A DNA stretch of 24,000 nucleotides, from positions 206,964 to 230,963 of the forward strand of contig JAFZHS010000013.1 in NCBI GenBank assembly GCA_017554745.1. The letters run 5' to 3'. The DNA comes from Clostridiales bacterium (GTDB lineage Bacteria > Bacillota > Clostridia > Saccharofermentanales > Saccharofermentanaceae). The translations under genes and the position numbers were made by a program. A model generated the notes under the pieces. The model was given only the letters and a program-made list of their open reading frames with translations, was not told the origin of the DNA and did not search any database. Positions 14,320 to 21,346 of this stretch are shown here, in pieces. How positions within the stretch are numbered: the stretch's first letter is position 1; the number at the start of each line of letters is the position of its first letter.

Positions 14320-16644
14320 TTATTTATTCTCGTTAAGAACTGTCTGAATACGGTTCTGCATAACCGGGATAACATCATCCATTGATTTTTGTCCGTTGAA
14401 GTACGAAGAAGATTCCTCGCGGAGAATTTCCTCTATCTCATCACCGATATTTATGCCGCCGTATGAAGAAGACAGGAGATCAATATACTTGTCTATCGCT
14501 TCAGAAGGGACCTTGCGGCCTGCATAAGGATTGGATTCGATAACACGGTCAAGCGCCTGATTATATGCCTCAAGCTTCTGTTCTGCCACGCTGCGCAGAG
14601 CTTCGCGATTGATCGGATTATAGTCCTTGGTGCACTGGATGTCATAGGACAAGAGGAGCTTTATGTATCCGGCACAGGGCTCTATGTATTTAGTATTTGC
14701 AGAGATGCTTATGAATTCCGTTGATTTCGTCATCGGTCCTCTGGCATCAAATGAAGGAAGTCCGTAGATTCCAAGGCCGTCGCCGTAGTCGGAATAACAG
14801 CCGATGTAATCTTCAAACGAATAGAAGTTGCCGTAAACGGCACCGAGCTTACCGTCAAGCTGTGCGGTCTTGCCGTTGATCATATCTTCAATCTCCTGAA
14901 CGGCAGCGTTGTGCTCGTTAATGCTGGCGATTACGGCATCAAGCTCTGACATCGATTCGTCGCTTCCGTTCTTGTCCACGAAAAGCATAAGGTTTCTGAA
15001 ATCCTCATTGTCGATATCTGCTTTGCCGTCAGATATGAACTTCTCGCTCATGTTCATGAAGAGTATGGTGAAGTATTCTGATTTGCCCATCATGAATCCC
15101 GGAGTCTTGCTCATGGGGTCAACGCCGTTACAGACATCGTCAACAAACTTCTCATAAGAATCAAAAGTGAATCCGGTCTGGCCTTGAGGAACATTGGATG
15201 AAGCCGTGATGATACCCGATGCAGAGATATCAAGAGGCATGTGGTAAAGCGAATCACCGTTTCTTGCCGCATTAACTGCATTGGAAAAATACTGATCATT
15301 ATTGAGATCAATATAAGGAACCAGATCCACATAGTTGCCGGCGTCAGCAGGAATATTATTGAGCTTGTCAGATATTATCATGTCGGCATTTACTTCCATG
15401 AAATTGCCGTTGGCATCGTAGGGGAATACATACTTTATAAAGAAAGAACCGCTTTGTCTGTTGAAGACCGTAACTGCATTGATGTCTGCTTCGTCGGGAA
15501 ATGCATTTTCGGTTGATGATAAGATAAGTACAGTCTTACCTGCATTAGGATTCTTATCAGCTTTTTTCAGATGCAGGAACATATAGCCCGAGTGTCCGCC
15601 GAGGCCTCCGTAAGACTCATAAGTATGAAGACCAAGTATCATCTCGCTGTTGTCGTCAGAGAGATAGACCATCTCGGATTCTGCTACATTGTACATGGAA
15701 GCATCAATGTTGCTGTATTCACAGAAAGGAACCATCTTGCCTGTTGACGTGTCCATTCTCGAGAAACCGGTATAATCGCGGGAGATGACTTTGTCATTGC
15801 AGAACTCGACCATGTAAAGCTCTTCGTTCGCGCCGAGATCCTTGAGCTCGGTAACCTCGCCTGTAGCGGGATCCAGAAGCAAATAGAACAAGCCCTGATA
15901 ATTTAAATATAAGGGGATCATAACCTTGCCGTTATCAGCAGGAATGAAATCGCCCAGACCGTCATAGTAGTATCCGCCAAGCGCGTCGATTATCTGTTGA
16001 TTAACCTGGTATACCGAACCGTCAGGCCGTTCAATATAAAGGCTTTCCTTATATTCATTTACATATATGCTATAGACCGTATATCCGCCTGCCGAATAAA
16101 TGTCGGCAAGGTAATCTATGGAAGTGTATTCATTATCAACTATCTTAGCCAGATCGATCTCTCTTCCGTCAAAGATATATGTCTGGGAACGGATATCATC
16201 CGTATATATAGACTCGAGAAGATTGAGTTTGCCGTCTGATATCCAGGCTCTGTTGAGATAACGGATGGTGCCGTCACTACATGAAGTAATGTAGTCGGTC
16301 TTTTCCAAAAGTTCGCCGTCGAAAGAGAGCTTAAGTATCGCTGTCTCATAATATTGCAGGATCTCTTCTTCTGTCAGGTCTTTGAAACTGCCTTCGAAGA
16401 TCTTTTGCGCATCTGCCTTGATGTATATGGCACCATCCAATGCTCCGATCGTCTCGAAATTCGAATATTCATATTCGCTCTCGGGATAAAGATCCGAGAC
16501 CTCAAATGTGGTGCATTCATACCAGGGATCGCTCTCTTTAATAACTTCATATTCTTTATTTTTCGAAGAGCATGAAGTCATCTGCAAAGCAAAGAGCAAT
16601 GCCATTAATGATGAAATAAGTTTTAAGTCTTTTCCGGTTTTCAT
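14320..16644 (-). CDS. Large lipoprotein: unknown N-terminal half and a solute-binding-protein-like C-terminal half
   Basis: 774 aa. Signal peptide with a lipobox-like LQMTSC, followed by SSKNK. The C-terminal roughly 400 aa has the overall look of large family-1 ABC substrate-binding proteins, ending ...YFNGQKSMDDVIPVMQNRIQTVLNE. The N-terminal half is rich in Y/D/G with no family recognised. Confidence 0.65.
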   Translation of the reverse strand: MKTGKDLKLISSLMALLFALQMTSCSSKNKEYEVIKESDPWYECTTFEVSDLYPESEYEYSNFETIGALDGAIYIKADAQKIFEGSFKDLTEEEILQYYETAILKLSFDGELLEKTDYITSCSDGTIRYLNRAWISDGKLNLLESIYTDDIRSQTYIFDGREIDLAKIVDNEYTSIDYLADIYSAGGYTVYSIYVNEYKESLYIERPDGSVYQVNQQIIDALGGYYYDGLGDFIPADNGKVMIPLYLNYQGLFYLLLDPATGEVTELKDLGANEELYMVEFCNDKVISRDYTGFSRMDTSTGKMVPFCEYSNIDASMYNVAESEMVYLSDDNSEMILGLHTYESYGGLGGHSGYMFLHLKKADKNPNAGKTVLILSSTENAFPDEADINAVTVFNRQSGSFFIKYVFPYDANGNFMEVNADMIISDKLNNIPADAGNYVDLVPYIDLNNDQYFSNAVNAARNGDSLYHMPLDISASGIITASSNVPQGQTGFTFDSYEKFVDDVCNGVDPMSKTPGFMMGKSEYFTILFMNMSEKFISDGKADIDNEDFRNLMLFVDKNGSDESMSELDAVIASINEHNAAVQEIEDMINGKTAQLDGKLGAVYGNFYSFEDYIGCYSDYGDGLGIYGLPSFDARGPMTKSTEFISISANTKYIEPCAGYIKLLLSYDIQCTKDYNPINREALRSVAEQKLEAYNQALDRVIESNPYAGRKVPSEAIDKYIDLLSSSYGGINIGDEIEEILREESSSYFNGQKSMDDVIPVMQNRIQTVLNENK

Positions 16645-16650
16645 AGGCTT

Positions 16651-16663
16651 ATTCTATACCATT
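16651..16663 (-). promoter_or_regulatory. Candidate -10 region (TAGAAT, with upstream AATGGTATA) for the lipoprotein gene
   Basis: The minus strand reads cgtAATGGTATAGAATaagcctATG. TAGAAT ends 6 nt before the ATG, and no SD is visible. The 9-mer AATGGTATA is repeated in mirror position on the plus strand. Confidence 0.3.
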
Positions 16664-16710
16664 ACGGACAGGAAAAGAGTTAAGATTCAGGTAATATTTA
16701 TTCTCTCAAC

Positions 16711-16738
16711 TTGATTTGAAAAGTGAATGGTATAAGAT
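16711..16738 (+). promoter_or_regulatory. Candidate promoter of the response-regulator operon
   Basis: TTGATT at 16711-16716, a 16-nt spacer, then TAAGAT at 16733-16738. Alternatively TGgTATAAG, an extended -10, at 16728-16736. Only 6 nt separate TAAGAT from the ATG at 16745, and no SD is visible. Confidence 0.35.
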
Positions 16739-16744
16739 TTTTAC

Positions 16745-17413
16745 ATGAGCAAAATACTGATCGTGGAAGATGATGAAGATATCGGAGCAGTCCTTCAAAG
16801 AGAGCTTACAAAGGACGGCTTTGAAGTCATTCGGGCGGTAACCGGCACCGAAGGTCGCATGATGCTCGCGCAAAGCCCGGATCTTATCCTTATGGATCTG
16901 ATGCTTCCGGGTCTGACGGGTGAAGAGCTTCTTACGCATATTCCGAAGGAGATACCTGTCATTGCGGTGAGCGCAAGATCTTCCATTGACGATAAGGTGT
17001 CGCTTCTTACGGAAGGCTGCGTCGACTATATAACCAAACCTTTTGATATTAAGGAGCTCAAAGCGAGAGTCAATGCAGCTCTTCGTACCAGTCAGGGAAA
17101 GAAGACAAGTGGCCGCATAACATGTGGGGATATGTTGATCGACACCGACAGACATGAAGTGACGATCGAAGGCAGGGAATTAAAGCTGACCAGGACCGAA
17201 TACGCGATCTTAAAGATGCTCGCGGGCGGCAAGGGAAGAGTGATCTCAAAGTCGGAGCTCCTGGATCTTATAAAGACAGAGACGCCTGACTGCACGGAGA
17301 GCTCTGTAAAAGTACATATAAGTAATCTTCGTAAGAAGATAAAAGAATTAACCGATTCCGAATATATAGAAGCCGTATGGGGCATAGGCTTCAAGCTCAA
17401 AGGAGATTCTTAA
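16745..17413 (+). CDS. OmpR/PhoB-family two-component response regulator
   Basis: 222 aa. Receiver domain (KILIVEDDEDI, DLILMDLMLPG, ITKPF) and a winged-helix output domain (LTRTEYAILKML..., VWGIGFKL). Confidence 0.92.
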   Translation: MSKILIVEDDEDIGAVLQRELTKDGFEVIRAVTGTEGRMMLAQSPDLILMDLMLPGLTGEELLTHIPKEIPVIAVSARSSIDDKVSLLTEGCVDYITKPFDIKELKARVNAALRTSQGKKTSGRITCGDMLIDTDRHEVTIEGRELKLTRTEYAILKMLAGGKGRVISKSELLDLIKTETPDCTESSVKVHISNLRKKIKELTDSEYIEAVWGIGFKLKGDS

Positions 17414-18331
17414 ATGGATAACGTTCTTTCTATCAAAGACCTGTGCAAGGACTATGGCAAGTTCCATGTGCTTAAAGGTGTCAACCTGGATATTCCGAAG
17501 GAATCTATCTTCGGACTCGTCGGAAGGAACGGCGCAGGCAAGACAACGCTCATGAGGATCATCACCGGGCTTGCAGAGCCTACATCAGGCGCATACAGCA
17601 TCGGCGGTATCTCGAGCAAGGATAAGAAGATCTTAACAGTCAGAAGGAGAATGGGTTCCATCATCGAGAGTCCTGCGATCTACAAAAATCTGAATGCTTA
17701 TGACAACGTAAAGCTTCAATATATCAATCTCGGCATGACTTCATTTGACAGCATCCCGGAGCTTTTGGAGCTCGTCGATCTTCAGGGTACCGGCAAGAAA
17801 AAAGCAGGTAAGTTCTCACTCGGTATGAGACAGAGACTCGGAATCGCGGTAGCTCTCTGCGGCAATCCGGATATTCTCGTTCTTGATGAGCCCATCAACG
17901 GTCTTGACCCGCAGGGTATCATCCAGATGAGAGAGATCCTTTTAAGGATCAACCGCGAGAAGCATACGACGATTCTTATCTCCAGCCACATTCTCGAAGA
18001 ACTCTCCAAGCTTGCTACTCACTATGCTTTTATTGAGAAGGGCGAGATACTGCAAACGCTCAGCAGCCATGAGCTTATGGGAAGGGTCAGAAAAGCATCA
18101 AGGCTTATAGTATCTTCGACAGAGCTCATTTGTCCTGTTTTCGACCGCGAAGGTGTCGAATATAAGGTTGAGAATGAAGAGACCATTGATATTTTTACTG
18201 ACATTACCGCTACCCGTATTGTCGCTCTTGCAAATGAAGCAAATGTCGAAGTCAGATCGATCTCGGATAACAATGAGAGCCTTGAAGGCTATTTTATGAA
18301 CCTTGTCGCAAAGAGGGAAGGAATCTCATGA
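17414..18331 (+). CDS. ABC transporter ATP-binding protein (ABC-2/lantibiotic-bacitracin export type)
   Basis: 305 aa. Walker A GRNGAGKTT, signature FSLGMRQRL, Walker B ILVLDEP and an H-loop SSHIL. The start directly abuts the RR stop. Confidence 0.92.
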   Translation: MDNVLSIKDLCKDYGKFHVLKGVNLDIPKESIFGLVGRNGAGKTTLMRIITGLAEPTSGAYSIGGISSKDKKILTVRRRMGSIIESPAIYKNLNAYDNVKLQYINLGMTSFDSIPELLELVDLQGTGKKKAGKFSLGMRQRLGIAVALCGNPDILVLDEPINGLDPQGIIQMREILLRINREKHTTILISSHILEELSKLATHYAFIEKGEILQTLSSHELMGRVRKASRLIVSSTELICPVFDREGVEYKVENEETIDIFTDITATRIVALANEANVEVRSISDNNESLEGYFMNLVAKREGIS

Positions 18332-19170
18332 GCCGCGCATTAAAGTCAGCTTTATTCAGATTTTTCAGGACCAAATGGTTTTTTAAGGTCCTGATCTTCT
18401 CGCTGCTCACGGGTTTGATCATAATACTTAACACGGTCACGACGTACTACGCCTTTGTTTTTTACAAGAGACCGCGGTATCTCGACAGGGAGTTTTTAAC
18501 TATTTGCATGATCGGGGTCATGGTCATCCTGCCTTTCCTTATTGCGATCTTCTGCACTTCTTTCACTGGCAATGATCTGAATTTCCGCTCGATCAACAAC
18601 AAGGTAACGACGGGAATCTCCAGAAAATGCATCTATCTTGCAGACCTGACAGTAGTTGTCGTGGGAACGGTCATCGGGTTTGCTGTCACCACGGGAGTCA
18701 TATTTGCATATTATCTGTTCTGCCCCACCAGAGGAAGTCAAAGGATAGATGCTCATATCATCCGCATAGTTATTTATGTCCTGATAACATGCATAGCTTT
18801 TGCCGCATTTAATACTTTGATGCAGTATTTTTTCAGCAATAAATTGTTCGCGATTATTGTTACGCTCCTTATAATCCCCTGCATCATTGTTTGCAGTCAG
18901 GTCTTGGAAGAGTCACTCAATGTGCCTTACAGATATTACGTGGAAAATGAAGAGACCGGCGAAGGTATGTGGGTCCTTAATCCCGAATATGTCGGAGGTG
19001 CTCCACGCAAAGTGCTGACCTTCGTCTACGACACAATACCGTTCGGTTTTCAGAATTTTATAGATGAAGGATCATCTAAATTCGATAAGAGCATGATTGC
19101 AGGCGCCATAGTCGTCACGGCAACGACTGCTGCAGGACTGCAAGTAATCAAGAAGAGGGAGCTCTCGTAA
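18328..19170 (+). CDS. ABC-2-type transporter permease subunit
   Basis: 280 aa with about 6 hydrophobic helices. ATGA overlap with the ATPase gene. Has an extracytoplasmic loop of about 60 aa before the last helix. Confidence 0.75.
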   Translation: MSRALKSALFRFFRTKWFFKVLIFSLLTGLIIILNTVTTYYAFVFYKRPRYLDREFLTICMIGVMVILPFLIAIFCTSFTGNDLNFRSINNKVTTGISRKCIYLADLTVVVVGTVIGFAVTTGVIFAYYLFCPTRGSQRIDAHIIRIVIYVLITCIAFAAFNTLMQYFFSNKLFAIIVTLLIIPCIIVCSQVLEESLNVPYRYYVENEETGEGMWVLNPEYVGGAPRKVLTFVYDTIPFGFQNFIDEGSSKFDKSMIAGAIVVTATTAAGLQVIKKRELS

Positions 19171-19171
19171 T

Positions 19172-20302
19172 ATGAAGAAGATACTCGAAGGCTTTTTCTA
19201 CAGAATGCTCAGAAGCATCGAATTCTGGGGACTTATAGTTTTGCTGGTCTGCTCCTGTGTTTACATAAACTTGAACATCTTTGCGGATGAAGCAAGTATT
19301 CACGGTCCTGTTTTTATTGTGGAAGATTGGGAAACCGGCACGGGATGGGATGCCAGCGGTGACGAGATAAAAGAATTTCAATTCGTAAATTCCGGCGTCA
19401 GTGCTAATGAAGCTTACAAGTATGGATGCGAGCCAATACAGCAGGAGTCTTTTAATAAGCTCAGTGACGATAATAATCTTACCACCGATGAGATATTCTT
19501 TTTGATGAAGGGGATCAGCTCTCTTAATCTGATCCCTGCCATACTGATTGCGCTTTTCATCCCGTTCTTCTTCGGAAGGATGTTCAGTGACGGCACGCTG
19601 AAGAATCTCATATCGTGCGGCCACAGCAAAGGAAAGATCTATCTGGCGTCCCTCATTTCCGTCTTTGTGCTTGATCTGGTAATGTTCCTGTTTAACTTTG
19701 TCCTGTTCCTGATCATGATACCGGTCTACGGATGGAAGCCGCCTGTCTATTTCCCTGTGGTGTGCCTGATGTTTGTGATCTCACTTCTGTTATTATTTAC
19801 GGTATCTTCCATAAGTCTTGCAGTTTTATATGCAAGCTCGAAAATGACCGCATCGGTTGTCGCAGGCTTCATTATTGCGATAATGATGTTTTTCCCGATA
19901 TTTATGTTGTCTCTTGAAAACGTTGATATGTCTTATCAGCTCGAGGGTAATACAGAGGCTGCTTATGATGAATATAGTGCTGTCGTGAAAGAAAAGGGTC
20001 CTAATTCACTAACTTATAAGTTTGACGCATCGATGGGTACAATGAGAGTGTTCTGCGGAGAAAAAGAACTCATGAAGTTAGGCAGGAGCAATATGCCTAA
20101 TTGGGCAAGAACCACTCTTTTGACTATCGTCTATCTTGATCCTACGATGTGCACACACATGATGAAGCAAAGCATGATAAATCCTTATATGGCTTACCGT
20201 GACGGAGTAATGGCCATAAACATAGCGGCTAATGTTTTCTGGATCCTGATAAGTACCGCAGTCGGCGCTTTTGTCTTCAAGAAACGCGAGATACACTGCT
20301 GA
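19172..20302 (+). CDS. ABC-2-type transporter permease subunit (second, with large extracytoplasmic loops)
   Basis: 376 aa. Starts 1 nt after the previous stop. TM1 (FWGLIVLLVCSCVYINLNIF) is followed by a loop of about 90 aa, then multiple helices, a second loop of about 110 aa, and a final helix. Confidence 0.75.
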   Translation: MKKILEGFFYRMLRSIEFWGLIVLLVCSCVYINLNIFADEASIHGPVFIVEDWETGTGWDASGDEIKEFQFVNSGVSANEAYKYGCEPIQQESFNKLSDDNNLTTDEIFFLMKGISSLNLIPAILIALFIPFFFGRMFSDGTLKNLISCGHSKGKIYLASLISVFVLDLVMFLFNFVLFLIMIPVYGWKPPVYFPVVCLMFVISLLLLFTVSSISLAVLYASSKMTASVVAGFIIAIMMFFPIFMLSLENVDMSYQLEGNTEAAYDEYSAVVKEKGPNSLTYKFDASMGTMRVFCGEKELMKLGRSNMPNWARTTLLTIVYLDPTMCTHMMKQSMINPYMAYRDGVMAINIAANVFWILISTAVGAFVFKKREIHC

Positions 20303-20310
20303 CGAACTGT

Positions 20311-20345
20311 TCTTTGTGATGTGGTATCATTAACCATATCACAAA
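20311..20345 (+). promoter_or_regulatory. 14-bp intercistronic hairpin between the permease and kinase genes
   Basis: ctttgtgatgtggt (20311-20324) pairs with accatatcacaaag (20332-20345), with one G-U pair and a 7-nt loop atcatta. No T-run follows. The stem covers the GTG at 20321 and part of AAAGGA at 20343-20348. Confidence 0.5.
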
Positions 20346-21295
20346 GGAAATTTACTGACTTGAAGATACTGATACCTCTTTTTATCGTGCTTGTTGTAGT
20401 GCTTGTCGCGGCACTTATCGTGGCGGTCATTAAGATCGTTTTGTTAAGACGCGGCTTCGATGAACTGACTGAGAATATCGAAGACCAGGTAAAGGGAGAG
20501 ACGCAGATACCCATTACGCTTACGACGACTGACCCGCATGCCGTAAAAACCGCAGAGGCACTTAACCGCGAACTTGCAAATCTTCGAAATGAGCGTAATG
20601 AATATCTGGACGGCAACCGCAAGGTCACCCAGGCCGTCACAGAAATATCGCATGACATCAGAACTCCGCTTACGGCGATCAACTCATATCTTGATCTCAT
20701 GAAGGATGAGACTGATGAGGAGCTTAAAGCTCAGTATCTTGAGCGCATTAAGAGCCGCACGTTATCTTTGAGCGATCTGGCCGATGAGCTCTTCAAGTAC
20801 AGCACGTCTGCGGATGCGTCGAAGTATCCGGTGTTGAGTGAAGAGGTTTCATCAGAACCTATCGATATCTGCCGTACCCTTGAAGAGTGCATGCTCTCCT
20901 TTTATGCGGCATTCAAGAAAAAGGGTATTGAGCCTGAGATAGAGATCCCGGAAGAGCCTGTTTATGTTATCTGTGACAGAAAGAGCGCAAACCGTATTTT
21001 CGAGAACATAATCAGCAATGCCATCAAGTATGCCGATGAATCCCTGGATGTTAAGCTGACACAAGACGGATGTGCCACATTCAGCAATCCCGCGCCCGGC
21101 CTGACACCTGTCTCTGCCGCGAAGCTTTTCGACAGATATTACACGGTAAACGAAGGAAGCGCTTCTACAGGTCTCGGTTTCTCGATCGCAAGGGAACTCA
21201 TTGACAGGAACGGCGGCACCATAGAGTCCAATCTGGCAGACGGGATCCTTTCAATCGTCGTGCGCTTTAAGATGCACGAGAATACCGAAGGGTAA
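20321..21295 (+). CDS. Sensor histidine kinase with a single N-terminal TM helix and no extracytoplasmic sensor domain
   Basis: H-box EISHDIRTPLTAI, N-box NIISNAIKYA, and FDRYYTV / GLGFSIAREL (G-boxes). The only hydrophobic segment is ILIPLFIVLVVVLVAALIVAVI. The start is ambiguous: GTG at 20321 (inside the hairpin stem) or the in-frame TTG at 20360 (AAAGGA about 12 nt upstream). Confidence 0.88.
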   Translation: MVSLTISQRKFTDLKILIPLFIVLVVVLVAALIVAVIKIVLLRRGFDELTENIEDQVKGETQIPITLTTTDPHAVKTAEALNRELANLRNERNEYLDGNRKVTQAVTEISHDIRTPLTAINSYLDLMKDETDEELKAQYLERIKSRTLSLSDLADELFKYSTSADASKYPVLSEEVSSEPIDICRTLEECMLSFYAAFKKKGIEPEIEIPEEPVYVICDRKSANRIFENIISNAIKYADESLDVKLTQDGCATFSNPAPGLTPVSAAKLFDRYYTVNEGSASTGLGFSIARELIDRNGGTIESNLADGILSIVVRFKMHENTEG

Positions 21296-21346
21296 GGAGA
21301 CCAAAGTGCATCCTGTTGATTTACATGGCAACTTACATTAATCTAG

